Virus record (IMG/VR): IMGVR_UViG_3300029121_000001
Source: a virus
Direction: 5' to 3' (one strand)
DNA: 64,000 bases
Both the position numbers and the translations under genes were made by a program. Below, piece after piece: positions 38,192 to 48,198 of this stretch. Below the pieces are notes generated by a model. The model was given only the letters and a program-made list of their open reading frames with translations. It searched no databases and had not been told where the DNA came from. Position 1 is the first letter of the stretch. Each line of letters begins with the position of its first letter.

Positions 38192-41100
38192 ATGCAGTCT
38201 ATTATTCTTGCAGAATCAGTTGTTGCTAATACTGCTAAGAGTACTTATCAAAAGAAATATAAGTGCCCTTATTGTGATAAACGATTTGTAAGAGCAAAAC
38301 TTCATATTCATATTCAAAATGAACATGAAGATCTTATACCTGAAGGTTATACTGCTCTTAGAGTAGCATTCAATACTATTAATCATAAAACAGAAGGTCA
38401 TTGCATTATGTGTGGTGCAGTGACTGATTGGAATGAAGACAAAGGTAGATATGAAAGACTCTGCAATAATCCTAAATGCCATGAAGCATATAAGAAGATG
38501 GTTGCAGAACGTACTAAGAAAAAGTATGGCACAGAACGTCTTCAGACAGATCCAGAATATGCAGAATATGTTCAAAGAAAAGCACTTGCTGGACGCAAAA
38601 TGCATGGAGAATATAAATTTGCTGATGGTGGAGTAATTGAGTATTTCGGAAGTTATGAAAAGAAATTCCTTCAGTTTATGGATCAAATAATGCATTGTAA
38701 ATCTGAAGATATTCTTGCTCCTGCTCCTAGTATCAAATATATTTATAATGGAGAGCAGCATCTATATATTCCTGACTTCTATTATATTCCTTATAATCTT
38801 ATTATAGAGATTAAAGATGGTGGAAGTAATCCGAATAACCATCCTCATCGTACTGGAGAAGATGAACTTAAGCTTAGATGTAAAGAAGAAGCTATTATAC
38901 AGCTTAATGAATTTAGCTATGTAAGAGTAGTTAATAATGACTTTAGCCAAGTATTGAGTATCATGGCAGTGCTTAAATATAACATGGCTCATAGATACAA
39001 AGACCCTGTTGTTAAGGTAAATGAGAGTACGCTTCTAGAAACTGCTAGTATAGTAGATAAGAATTTCAAGCCTAAAGACAGAATTAATCTATATTCTTTG
39101 AAGAAAGTTCATATCACGGAAGCCGTCATTGAAAAGTATAAGAAACAGTATCCTGATCTGCGTCATGTTAGATGCAAAGATACTGATACTTATAAATGTG
39201 ATGGATATATGTGGTTTGATAATGAGAATCTAGTAGCCCAAGTAGGATCTTGTGAGTATCTAGATGATGGAACAAAATGGATTGTAAGTCTAGATATTAT
39301 GAAAGATTATAAGGGTCATGGTTTAAGTAAACAAATTCTTGATTTTGCAACTAAGATCATGAAATGCAAATATCTTTCTGTAGATAAAAATAATAAACTT
39401 GCAAAAATGATTTATGATCAGTATGGATTTAAAGTTTATTATGAAGATGATAAGATGTACTACATGACTCTAGAAGCAAATCCTGTAAAGGTCAATGAAT
39501 CTACTTTATTAGAATCTGTATCTAATAATTATCCTAAGGATCTTTATAACTGGATGAAGGCAAATATTACATATAAATCTACTGGAATTCTTCTATCACC
39601 TGAAGAGGTAGAAGAATATGGATATGGAGATTGTCATGATCAGGCAAATTATATTCATAGTAAATTGTCTACTAAAGATATTTCTAATGGAAGATTATTT
39701 GTGATTGAATATAATGATCTAAATTCTCCTGCAGGAAAAACTCATACTGCTGCTTATTATAAGCAGAATGGAAAGTATTATTGGATTGAAAATGCTTGGT
39801 ATGAGCAAACTGGAATCCATGGTCCTTATAATAGTATTTTCGATCTTAAAATTGCTATTGTAAATGTATGGGTTTGGGGTAATTATAAGAATCTATATAT
39901 AGGCTCTGTAAATAGATCTAAAATTAAGAATGGTATGAATCTAAATGATTATGTAAATGCTTGTCTTCCTGAGAATGAAAAAATGATTAAGCCTTTTATT
40001 ATCAATGAAGATAATACCAATCATATTAAGAATAAAGTTGTTGAGTCTATGTCTGATACTATTGGTGGTGCATTACCACTAACTCCTAATCCTATTCCTT
40101 ATGAATCTAATAAAGATAATTATTACATTATCCAGCATATGGAGAATAATGCTTTTGCTTATTCTCTTACTAAAGATCCTGTACAATATACAATGTATTC
40201 TGTAGATCCTGAATCTAAAGGATTTTATAAAGTTTTTAAGTCTGATAAGAGTAAGATTAATAAAAAATATTCTACTTTTAAGATCAAGGATCGCCAAAAA
40301 GCAAAAGAACTTTATGATGAATTAGCAAAGATTGAATCTTCTAATTCTAAAACTTTCTTTGCTGGAGATACTTCTAATGATTATATTTATCAACGTCTAA
40401 CTGAAGGCTCTAAAATAATTTCTGATGATCAAATTAGATATGATACTAGATTTGAAGAAGTTAAAAACTTCAATGAAGAAGTTCAAGATATCTGTGAATC
40501 TGTAAGAAATTTCATTCTTGGTGATCCCATCACTAGACTAGAAGAGCAGGTATCTACTCTATCCAATCTAGTAAATATCAATGAATCTTCTAATTATGTC
40601 TCTAGTGATTATGACATGATTACTAGTATAGAAGATTATGATAATAAAGTTCTTAAAGCAAAAACTGCTGAACAAATGGGTTTAATTATTCTATATCCTG
40701 AGTTTAAATATGGTACTTGTAATAAAAATACCATTGATAAACTTAAGAAGAAATATGCAGACTTTAATGCTCTTTCCCAAGAAAAAAGAACTCTATCTAA
40801 TAGAACAGCATATCATATCTTTGGATATGATAATGATACTCTATATAGTAAGCTACTTAATCTCTATGTATCAACAACTATGAAATCCGGAGGAGGATCA
40901 GAAGGATATTCATATAATACTATGAGATCTATTACTCCTCCTATTGAGCAATATTATAAACCTGGTGAAAAAGTTGGTACAGTTAGTTCTGATACTAAAG
41001 TGGCTAGAGAATCTTTTACTGATGATTCTTCTTGGAGACAAGTTGTAAGCAAACTTTGTCTAGAAGCAAATAACACAAGTGATGCAAAAAAGAAAAATGA

Positions 41101-41902
41101 TCTCAAAAATGAGATCATCAATCTTGGATGGAATCCTGAAATTCCTTTCAATGAAGAAGCCATTACTAGAGTAAAAAATATGAGACATAAGCTTCATATT
41201 TTTACAGAGGTGGATGCTGAAGAGTATATCAGAAATATTCATACTTTCAATGAAGCTACTTATAATCAATTGAAAGATAAGATTGTTCCTGTATTCATTT
41301 GCCTATTCAAAGGTAAAGCTCTTCATAGTAGAGGAATTGAGCTGTATACCGGATCTGAATGGTCTCATGCTGCAATATCATTCGATTCTTCTATGAAACA
41401 AATGTATACATTTAATATGAATCCTAAAGTAACTTCTAATGGAATATCTAAAGGATTTACTATTGAAAGTATAGAAGCTTATTGGAAAATAGATCCTTCT
41501 ATCAAATTCAAAGTTCATGCTCTATTTGTTACAAAAGAGCAAAAGATTATGATGGAAGATGCAATCAAATGGTATGTAACTCATCAGAATGAAACTAAGT
41601 ATTCTTTTAAAACCATTATCAATATTGCTCTAAAACGAGTATCAGATTTTGGTTCTGAATATGCAAATAAAACTGAAATGGTATGTAGTCAGTTTGTATA
41701 TACTATTTTGGCAATTGCAGATTTCAAAACTAAGGTCACTAAAGATGCAAGTCTAGTAAGTCCTGGAGATCTTGATACTAGTATTGATGATAGACTATAC
41801 TCTATGTTTATTGGAGGTATTGGCCTATATAGTAGTAAAAAGATTGATAGAATGGTTAGACAAATCATTCCTACACTACCATTAGATAAGTATAATATTT
41901 AA
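38192..41902 (+). CDS. Polyvalent multi-domain protein: C2H2 and Cys4 zinc fingers + PD-(D/E)xK nuclease-like + GNAT acetyltransferase + transglutaminase-like Cys protease + long linker + permuted papain-like (YiiX/C92-like) domain
   Basis: YKCPYCDKRFVRAKLHIHIQNEH. HCIMCG...LCNNPKCH. YIPDFYY...LIIEIKDG. DIMKDYKGHGLSKQILDFA...YGFK. YGYGDCHDQANYI...GKTHTAAYY...WIENAW. EWSHAAISFD...MVCSQFVYTIL...VSPGDL. AAGGAGG SD. Confidence 0.7.
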   Translation: MQSIILAESVVANTAKSTYQKKYKCPYCDKRFVRAKLHIHIQNEHEDLIPEGYTALRVAFNTINHKTEGHCIMCGAVTDWNEDKGRYERLCNNPKCHEAYKKMVAERTKKKYGTERLQTDPEYAEYVQRKALAGRKMHGEYKFADGGVIEYFGSYEKKFLQFMDQIMHCKSEDILAPAPSIKYIYNGEQHLYIPDFYYIPYNLIIEIKDGGSNPNNHPHRTGEDELKLRCKEEAIIQLNEFSYVRVVNNDFSQVLSIMAVLKYNMAHRYKDPVVKVNESTLLETASIVDKNFKPKDRINLYSLKKVHITEAVIEKYKKQYPDLRHVRCKDTDTYKCDGYMWFDNENLVAQVGSCEYLDDGTKWIVSLDIMKDYKGHGLSKQILDFATKIMKCKYLSVDKNNKLAKMIYDQYGFKVYYEDDKMYYMTLEANPVKVNESTLLESVSNNYPKDLYNWMKANITYKSTGILLSPEEVEEYGYGDCHDQANYIHSKLSTKDISNGRLFVIEYNDLNSPAGKTHTAAYYKQNGKYYWIENAWYEQTGIHGPYNSIFDLKIAIVNVWVWGNYKNLYIGSVNRSKIKNGMNLNDYVNACLPENEKMIKPFIINEDNTNHIKNKVVESMSDTIGGALPLTPNPIPYESNKDNYYIIQHMENNAFAYSLTKDPVQYTMYSVDPESKGFYKVFKSDKSKINKKYSTFKIKDRQKAKELYDELAKIESSNSKTFFAGDTSNDYIYQRLTEGSKIISDDQIRYDTRFEEVKNFNEEVQDICESVRNFILGDPITRLEEQVSTLSNLVNINESSNYVSSDYDMITSIEDYDNKVLKAKTAEQMGLIILYPEFKYGTCNKNTIDKLKKKYADFNALSQEKRTLSNRTAYHIFGYDNDTLYSKLLNLYVSTTMKSGGGSEGYSYNTMRSITPPIEQYYKPGEKVGTVSSDTKVARESFTDDSSWRQVVSKLCLEANNTSDAKKKNDLKNEIINLGWNPEIPFNEEAITRVKNMRHKLHIFTEVDAEEYIRNIHTFNEATYNQLKDKIVPVFICLFKGKALHSRGIELYTGSEWSHAAISFDSSMKQMYTFNMNPKVTSNGISKGFTIESIEAYWKIDPSIKFKVHALFVTKEQKIMMEDAIKWYVTHQNETKYSFKTIINIALKRVSDFGSEYANKTEMVCSQFVYTILAIADFKTKVTKDASLVSPGDLDTSIDDRLYSMFIGGIGLYSSKKIDRMVRQIIPTLPLDKYNI

Positions 41903-41912
41903 CAAACAAAAA

Positions 41913-41939
41913 TCGGCTAGGGAGTTAATCCCTAGCCGA
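41913..41939 (+). terminator. Hairpin terminator
   Basis: tcggctaggga-gttaa-tccctagccga. Confidence 0.7.
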
Positions 41940-41982
41940 CTTATTCAAATCTGCAGTCATTGATTTTCACTTTCCTTCAATT

Positions 41983-41998
41983 AGATATTATAAATATG
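41983..41998 (+). promoter_or_regulatory. Promoter-like box AGATATTATAAatATG
   Basis: Exact consensus, 56-61 nt upstream of the 42054 start, followed by the palindrome aaactctagagttt. Confidence 0.5.
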
Positions 41999-42053
41999 AA
42001 ACAATAGACCCAAACTCTAGAGTTTCAAATAATATTAAAAGGAGGAAAGTACC

Positions 42054-42305
42054 ATGTCCGTACTTCCTGAAATACAGTTCTCAAAAGTTTCTGTTTACAA
42101 ATATGATGATGGCAAAGCCACTCATATTATCAAGCACGAAGTAATACCGCATCTCATAAATGATGTATTGAACTGTAGAGACTCTACAAAGATCCTACCA
42201 GATAGATACATGAAATCTATCAACAATGCTAACGACCACTACTTGAAAGAGTACAACAAAGTCGCTGGCATTGCTAAAGTCCCTTCAATAACTGCATTAC
42301 TATAA
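42054..42305 (+). CDS. Hypothetical protein, 83 aa
   Basis: AAAGGAGG SD and raised GC. Confidence 0.7.
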   Translation: MSVLPEIQFSKVSVYKYDDGKATHIIKHEVIPHLINDVLNCRDSTKILPDRYMKSINNANDHYLKEYNKVAGIAKVPSITALL

Positions 42306-42313
42306 TGTATATA

Positions 42314-42338
42314 GGTGTAGAGAATTATTCTTTACACT
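42314..42338. terminator. Imperfect bidirectional hairpin
   Basis: gtgtagagaa-ttat-tctttacac followed by a T-run, between convergent genes. Confidence 0.5.
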
Positions 42339-42347
42339 TTTTATTTT

Positions 42348-44822
42348 TTATTTCTTTTCGCCTTCGTTATTAGGCTGATTATTATTCTCTTGATTCTGAT
42401 TATTCTCTTGATTACCGTTATTTTTCTTATTATTCTTTTCCTGTTTCTTTTCGTTCTTACTAGAAGCTTTAATAACAGTTTTAAATAGATTCATATTCTG
42501 TTTATATGCTGCAAAAGCATTAGTACACTTAGCAGTTATAACAGAAATGTTTGTAGAGAAACAACGATGAATAGCATCATCAAGAGTTTTAGAATTATTA
42601 TCATCAACCTTACCAGTAGCCTTTTCAGCATCTTCAGTGGTCTTTTCACCAGGAGTAATCTCTGCTTCATTGAAAGGAAGTTCATCATCAATCTGAGAAA
42701 GTCCTAGACATTCAGCAAGATTAAATCCAGAATTAAAATCACTGATAGCAGACTCATGCCCAGTCTGTTGTTGGGCAGGTTTCTGAGATCCGGTTTCACT
42801 CTTAGGTTCACCAGAACTAGGTTGTTGTTGAGTTGCTTGATTATTGGTATCATTCGAAGGATTATTTCTCATCTTTACCATATAATCATTATAATTTCTA
42901 GAAGCATTCTTATAATCTTCATCAATTTGCTTATAATCATCATTAATAGTTCCAAGAGCATCAGATGAATATCCCTTATAAACAAATTCATCAACGTATT
43001 TAAATGCTTCATCAAAATTATATCTAATATTTGCTAGAGTCTTACCTTTACTATTATCAATATTAATATAAGCTCCTTGGTAAGCTTTATTAACTCTAGT
43101 AAGGAAAGAGTCATCCTTATCTTTTCCAGCAGTAGCTTTATAATCAGTTCCGGTAGTGCCATGAATTTTATTAAGTGCTGCATTCTCCATAGCATCATCA
43201 GACTGAAGATCTTTGCTAACAGGATCAAACTTAATGACTGTAGAATTCTTGAACAAATTAAGATTATAACAATACCATTGGTTAACTTGAGTATCCATGA
43301 TATTGATATTCTTTAGTTTATTCTTATTATCTTCCCAGAACTGTTTGTCTCCACCCTTGCCAAGAACTTCATCGATTCGCTGCTTAAATCTACCAATAGC
43401 CTCTCCAAGTCTAGAAATAATTTGTTTAAGCCAATTAAGGATACCAAATTTATTTTTAGACTTAGAATTATTTTCTTTATTATTATTCGAATCATTATTA
43501 TTTGAATTATTACTATCTTTATTTTGATTTTCTTGCGGCTTAGATTCTTCTGCTTTTCCATCACTTTTGCTACTGGAATCTTCTGGTCTTCCGATAGTAG
43601 GCTCATTAGATTGAGCGTCCCATTCTTCTCTAGTTAATTCTGTCAAGTATTGTTCAAGCATGCACTCAAACTTATACTCATTATAAACGTTCTCAATGAG
43701 CATATTAGTCATTGTGTTGTCATGCTGAATATCATAGAATTCTTTAACAGAATCTTCACCATTGAAGGAAATAGAATCAGCAGGAGTATCTTGAGCAACA
43801 TCTTCAACTGGCTTATCAGTATTTTCAGATAGATCACAGTATTTAAGAATTAATTCATGAGCAGTATTAATTACTGTAATAGAATCTTTTCCATATCCAT
43901 AAATATCAATTAATCTATGAATCTTTCTACTAGCAACAATATTAGCTACACAAATTACATTCTGAATTACATTAATCAAAGATGCTGACCGATGTCCATA
44001 TATATTTTTATATTCATTAGAACCATTATTCTCTAGATTATTAATATACTCATCTATTTTATGAAGGCAATTATTAAAGCTGGATTCTACATCAGCTTTC
44101 ATATAATCTAGAAGCTCAATAACTGTATCAATAGAATTAAGATTAGAATATGCTCTGATATAAGTATCTAGAAGAAATCTCTGAGTATATTTACGATCCG
44201 GCATTAATGTATCTGCAATTCCAACTGCAAAAGACATAGTGTTAGCGGCCTTAGAAGGATCATAAAAACTACCAAGCATATTATAAAGAATATTATCTTT
44301 AAAAGAATTGAAATCAGTATTCTCAGTAGTGATTCCCTTAATAGCAGAAATATTGGGGAACATCTTGTCTAGAATAACATTTCCAGCAGTAATTTCTCCA
44401 ATATTATGAATTTGTAGCTCTGCAGGATCTGCGATTACAATCATTCTCTTAATAAATTCAATTCTCTGTGATATAGAATATTTATATTCAATAGGATTTT
44501 TCTCTCTTGTCTTACAAGATTCGATAGTTTCCTTAGCACCAGAAATTTCTTCTAGTAGAGAATTCTTTACTGTAGAAATAGCTTCTTTAGCAGTTGTAAG
44601 AGAATCATAAATCTGGCTAAATTGAATATCTCCAGGCTCTTCAGATTCATTAATAGAAACAATATTTTGAACAGATTCTCTAAGAGTATTATTAAACTTA
44701 AGAGTATTTTGAAGAGTAAATTCTTCTACATTAACGCAATTATTGTAGTTAATATAATCAGGAATATGGCAATGAGAATTATATCCTTCAAGAAAGAATT
44801 TATAATTCATATTTAGTCCCAT
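42348..44822 (-). CDS. Large hypothetical protein, 824 aa, with N/Q/K/S-rich low-complexity inserts
   Basis: Long ORF with an AAAGGGG SD. C-terminal NNGNQENNQNQENNNQPNNEGEKK. Confidence 0.75.
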   Translation of the reverse strand: MGLNMNYKFFLEGYNSHCHIPDYINYNNCVNVEEFTLQNTLKFNNTLRESVQNIVSINESEEPGDIQFSQIYDSLTTAKEAISTVKNSLLEEISGAKETIESCKTREKNPIEYKYSISQRIEFIKRMIVIADPAELQIHNIGEITAGNVILDKMFPNISAIKGITTENTDFNSFKDNILYNMLGSFYDPSKAANTMSFAVGIADTLMPDRKYTQRFLLDTYIRAYSNLNSIDTVIELLDYMKADVESSFNNCLHKIDEYINNLENNGSNEYKNIYGHRSASLINVIQNVICVANIVASRKIHRLIDIYGYGKDSITVINTAHELILKYCDLSENTDKPVEDVAQDTPADSISFNGEDSVKEFYDIQHDNTMTNMLIENVYNEYKFECMLEQYLTELTREEWDAQSNEPTIGRPEDSSSKSDGKAEESKPQENQNKDSNNSNNNDSNNNKENNSKSKNKFGILNWLKQIISRLGEAIGRFKQRIDEVLGKGGDKQFWEDNKNKLKNINIMDTQVNQWYCYNLNLFKNSTVIKFDPVSKDLQSDDAMENAALNKIHGTTGTDYKATAGKDKDDSFLTRVNKAYQGAYINIDNSKGKTLANIRYNFDEAFKYVDEFVYKGYSSDALGTINDDYKQIDEDYKNASRNYNDYMVKMRNNPSNDTNNQATQQQPSSGEPKSETGSQKPAQQQTGHESAISDFNSGFNLAECLGLSQIDDELPFNEAEITPGEKTTEDAEKATGKVDDNNSKTLDDAIHRCFSTNISVITAKCTNAFAAYKQNMNLFKTVIKASSKNEKKQEKNNKKNNGNQENNQNQENNNQPNNEGEKK

Positions 44823-44881
44823 TTATAAGCGCCCCTTTCTTTATGAATAGAAGTAGATTATTATAAAGTTTTCAAGATAAA

Positions 44882-44910
44882 GTCCCTATGGACTTTTAAT
44901 CCATAGGGAC
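44882..44910 (-). terminator. Hairpin closing cassette 3
   Basis: gtccctatgga-cttttaa-tccatagggac. Confidence 0.6.
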
Positions 44911-44914
44911 GATT

Positions 44915-45139
44915 TTAAATATATATTATATTAGCATAACTACTATAGTTTCTAAAATCGAACCCACTGCTCCAGTCAAATCCATATGTAGCATATACTT
45001 TACCGTTATATTGATATGCTGTAAAATATTCAGATTGTCCTGGACTATCTAATAAATCACATCCTATCATTGTGCCATTTAATGGATATCCACTAGTAGT
45101 AATATAAATATTATTAAGCTTTTTTATAGAAGCGTCAGA
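44915..45139 (-). CDS. Start-less cassette ORF 3 (SDASIKKL...ANIIYI), 74 codons
   Basis: Opens directly after TAA (45142-45140). First in-frame ATG is at codon 23. No SD. Paralogue of 26781-27014. Confidence 0.55.
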   Translation of the reverse strand, partial: SDASIKKLNNIYITTSGYPLNGTMIGCDLLDSPGQSEYFTAYQYNGKVYATYGFDWSSGFDFRNYSSYANIIYI

Positions 45140-45143
45140 TTAT
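45126..45143 (-). repeat. Cassette box, copy 3 (ATAATCTGACGCTTCTAT)
   Basis: Preceded in the minus sense by the hairpin at 45156-45179 and a T-run. Forms a 16-bp perfect inverted repeat with 45660-45675. Confidence 0.85.
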
Positions 45144-45155
45144 AAAAAAAATAAA

Positions 45156-45179
45156 AGGTGGGCGAATGAAACCCACCCC
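45156..45179 (-). terminator. Hairpin terminator upstream of cassette 3
   Basis: aaggtggg-cgaatgaaa-cccacc(cc)tt followed by TTTTATTTTTTTT in the minus sense. Confidence 0.6.
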
Positions 45180-45228
45180 TTCCGTAAAATTCTGATTGAT
45201 ACAGGATCTGTCAATTGTATACTAACGT

Positions 45229-45555
45229 TTATCCGATTATATCCATGATAAACTTAATACATTCTTTGGCCATATCACAGGCAACTCCAACATACTTTCG
45301 ATCCTCCTTATTGACAATGTACACATGTACATTGTCAATTTTGGAGACATCATTATTGAATAAATCAATAATAATTTCTTCCATTTTTGAACTGTTAAAT
45401 TCCATTTTGATCCCATCAGACGATAATATTAAAGCATTACCATCATCGTTTTTACTGATGTATGCAATAAAATCACATATATCAGTACCAAAGTATTTGG
45501 TAAATAGTGCTTTGCATTTATCAGTGCTTAGCTTGAGACGTACATCTATCATCAT
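45229..45555 (-). CDS. Hypothetical protein, 108 aa
   Basis: The ATG at 45555 follows AAGGAGG by 9 nt. The longer track ORF starts upstream of the SD. Confidence 0.65.
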   Translation of the reverse strand: MMIDVRLKLSTDKCKALFTKYFGTDICDFIAYISKNDDGNALILSSDGIKMEFNSSKMEEIIIDLFNNDVSKIDNVHVYIVNKEDRKYVGVACDMAKECIKFIMDIIG

Positions 45556-45637
45556 AATAATTAACCTCCTTTTATGATGATGAAACAATCCGAAATAGAG
45601 AATTCTTATATTCCTATCTCAATTTTATATTATGTAA

Positions 45638-45922
45638 GTGAAAATATACACTTTAAATAAATCTGACGCTTCTATTAAGATAAAGAATAAAATTGTAAAT
45701 GTAAAAGATTATTATACATTTAGAGATGGTATCATATTAAATACCTGCCTTATGACGTATTCTAATGTAAGTTATTCATATAGGCCATTTATTCAAGTGC
45801 GTTACGATAATAATGATAATAGTTATAGTATTAGAATACAATGTATCATTAATAGTGATATTGATGGATATAATTTCGATAATAGTGTGAATGATGGAAG
45901 TATTATAATATATTATATATAA
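45638..45922 (+). CDS. Cassette ORF 4 (MKIYTLNK-SDASIKIK...SIIIYYI), the only plus-strand copy
   Basis: The frame opens right after TAA with a GTG 8 codons before the box. No SD. Ends in IIYYI like 51132-51371. Confidence 0.55.
   Translation: MKIYTLNKSDASIKIKNKIVNVKDYYTFRDGIILNTCLMTYSNVSYSYRPFIQVRYDNNDNSYSIRIQCIINSDIDGYNFDNSVNDGSIIIYYI
45658..45676 (+). repeat. Cassette box, copy 4 (TAAATCTGACGCTTCTATT)
   Basis: Inverted relative to all the other copies. Confidence 0.85.
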
Positions 45923-45926
45923 AATA

Positions 45927-45955
45927 ATCCAGTAGGAATTAAATTCCTACTGGAT
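45927..45955. terminator. Bidirectional hairpin terminator
   Basis: atccagtaggaatt-a-aattcctactggat between cassette 4 and the radical SAM gene. Confidence 0.75.
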
Positions 45956-45962
45956 ATTATTG

Positions 45963-47297
45963 TTACTTATTAAATGCTTCTTTTTCTAGATTAAATAAAT
46001 AATCAGCTTCTTCTTTACCAAGAATATCTACTACTTCATTATATGGAAGATTGATCTTTGTTGGATCTTTATCTCCTAACTCAATACATCTTCTATTATA
46101 ATAGTAATAGTATCCTAATACTCTACCTTTATGAGCATAACAAATTCCAGTATATCTTTTATTCGCAGTTCCATATAATTCATAATTATATGCAGAACAC
46201 CAACCACAATTCAAAGATACAGGACAATCAATACACTTCTTTGGAGATTGAGAAGTGAATGTTATAGAATCAAGTTCTTTCTTGATATTCTTACTACTCT
46301 CTGATTTAAATAATCCATTAAAGCAATCACCAATAATAATTTTATTAGCTTTCTCTTTTCCAATAGATATAGGAGCATATCTAATACAAGGATAAGCATT
46401 GCCATCTGGGTCAAATGCCATCATATGACCGGTACCACCACAGAAATTCTTATCATCATGCTGTAGATTGACTGCTCCTCCGAGAGTAGAATCAAGTAAA
46501 GCTACAATAGCATTACTTTTATTTTGAATTAAATAATTAGAAAGCTTCTTTAATTCAAAATAAATATTCTTTGCATCACTAATAGAATATTCTGGTTCAT
46601 ATGCAAAATTGCAATTAACAAGGTTACATCCATTCTCAATCATCATCTTAATAGATGGAGTAATATATTGAACAGAATTGGGAACAAATGTCATTTTACT
46701 ATTCGCTGAACCATAAATATTTTTTACATCAAGAAATGCTTTATATGCTTTTTCAAATGATCCTTCTCCATATCTATCGATTCTATATTTATCATGAAGA
46801 TCTTGAATACCATCAATAGATACAGTAATTGATAAGAATTCTTTATACTTATGCACAAAATGTTGTACATCTTTATCAAACCAATTCTGACCATTTGTAG
46901 CAAAAGCAATTCTAGTAAATTGAGCAATAGGAATATTCCTTAAATAGCATTGATGAAAGAAATAATCACATATTTCTTCTACTAATTTTGCTTCTAGCAT
47001 TGGTTCTCCACCAATAAAATCAAGAATAATACTTTTTGTATTCTTATTGATAAAATCAGTGTCATTATCCTCATACATATCTAGAATTCTATCAATACAT
47101 TTTTTACCAATATAGAGAGACATAGATCCATCAGACTTATGATGTTCATAACAATAAGAGCAACGAAGATTACACTGATTTGTTACCTGAAATGTAATTT
47201 CTCGTGCAGCCTCCATTTTTCGATCTTCTCCATTTGAAAAAATCTCTCGAATATACTCACCATAATTGTCTCTAGATCGACTATTAATACTTACCAT
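45963..47297 (-). CDS. Radical SAM enzyme with C-terminal SPASM/twitch-type auxiliary cluster domain (anSME / peptide-maturase-like)
   Basis: CNLRCSYC (CX3CX2C), GGEPML, then CGGTGHMMAFDPDGNAYPC, CIDCPVSLNCGWC and GICYAH. The start overlaps the upstream stop (ATGGTAA). Confidence 0.85.
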   Translation of the reverse strand: MVSINSRSRDNYGEYIREIFSNGEDRKMEAAREITFQVTNQCNLRCSYCYEHHKSDGSMSLYIGKKCIDRILDMYEDNDTDFINKNTKSIILDFIGGEPMLEAKLVEEICDYFFHQCYLRNIPIAQFTRIAFATNGQNWFDKDVQHFVHKYKEFLSITVSIDGIQDLHDKYRIDRYGEGSFEKAYKAFLDVKNIYGSANSKMTFVPNSVQYITPSIKMMIENGCNLVNCNFAYEPEYSISDAKNIYFELKKLSNYLIQNKSNAIVALLDSTLGGAVNLQHDDKNFCGGTGHMMAFDPDGNAYPCIRYAPISIGKEKANKIIIGDCFNGLFKSESSKNIKKELDSITFTSQSPKKCIDCPVSLNCGWCSAYNYELYGTANKRYTGICYAHKGRVLGYYYYYNRRCIELGDKDPTKINLPYNEVVDILGKEEADYLFNLEKEAFNK

Positions 47298-47584
47298 GTT
47301 AATTCTACCTCATTATTATCGAAATCAAATTCATATTCTATAGAAGAAGGAACTTTTCCGATTATAGAGGCAATAAGAGTATTTACGTTTACCATAAATT
47401 CAATATAGGCATTCTGATAATCTACTCTATATTTATCTATCATAGCTGCAGTTTCTGCGGATTTATTTTCTGCAAATTCACGAGCCAATACACAAATGAA
47501 ATTTTTATAACTCATCATAATATAATGAAGTCTTTCAATTGTAATAGATTGCTCTTTATCAATATTAACTTTCTTTTTCTGCAT
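47291..47584 (-). CDS. Hypothetical helical protein, 97 aa, translationally coupled to the radical SAM gene
   Basis: The track start is a TTG. The ATG at 47584 is more likely. Overlaps both neighbours. Confidence 0.6.
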   Translation of the reverse strand: MQKKKVNIDKEQSITIERLHYIMMSYKNFICVLAREFAENKSAETAAMIDKYRVDYQNAYIEFMVNVNTLIASIIGKVPSSIEYEFDFDNNEVELTW

Positions 47585-48185
47585 TATTATTAGTCTCCAT
47601 TTCAATCAGATGATAAGCTGTAGTTTCAGTTTTAAGAGATTCATATCGATCTCTTATATAAAAAATTTTATCGAGAATCCTGATAAGAAGACTATTGTCT
47701 CTATCCTTTTCTTCAATCATCTTATTAGCAATTGAACGTAGCACAGTATAAAGACAATATACATGAAAATTAGAATTTGTACTCATACTTAGAAAAATGT
47801 TTATTTTATTATTATCTATAGGAAATCCATCAATAACAGTAAAATTGCATTTATCTGAATATGTCTTTAAAGTAATTGTATATATAGTAAGAAGTATTTC
47901 TTCATCTGTAGCATCATAATTACATGCTGAAAAAATACTAGATACTACAGAACTTACATATTTTGCATAATCATGTATATTAATAGAAAAGTCAGAATGA
48001 CAAAGTGTGCAAAAATAATCTATATAACAAAATTCGGGTTCTTTAGATATATTATCAAAAATAATAAGCATATCTTTAGTAATTGGATCCATTGAAAGAA
48101 ATCTATTAAGTAAGAAATTCTTTTTAAAGAATTTATCATTTTTAGAATAATTTATAGTAAAGGTATCATTAGTAATATCTATCAT
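47565..48185 (-). CDS. Hypothetical protein, 206 aa
   Basis: GGAGG SD. Same operon. Confidence 0.7.
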   Translation of the reverse strand: MIDITNDTFTINYSKNDKFFKKNFLLNRFLSMDPITKDMLIIFDNISKEPEFCYIDYFCTLCHSDFSINIHDYAKYVSSVVSSIFSACNYDATDEEILLTIYTITLKTYSDKCNFTVIDGFPIDNNKINIFLSMSTNSNFHVYCLYTVLRSIANKMIEEKDRDNSLLIRILDKIFYIRDRYESLKTETTAYHLIEMETNNNAEKES

Positions 48186-48198
48186 AAAATATCCTCCA

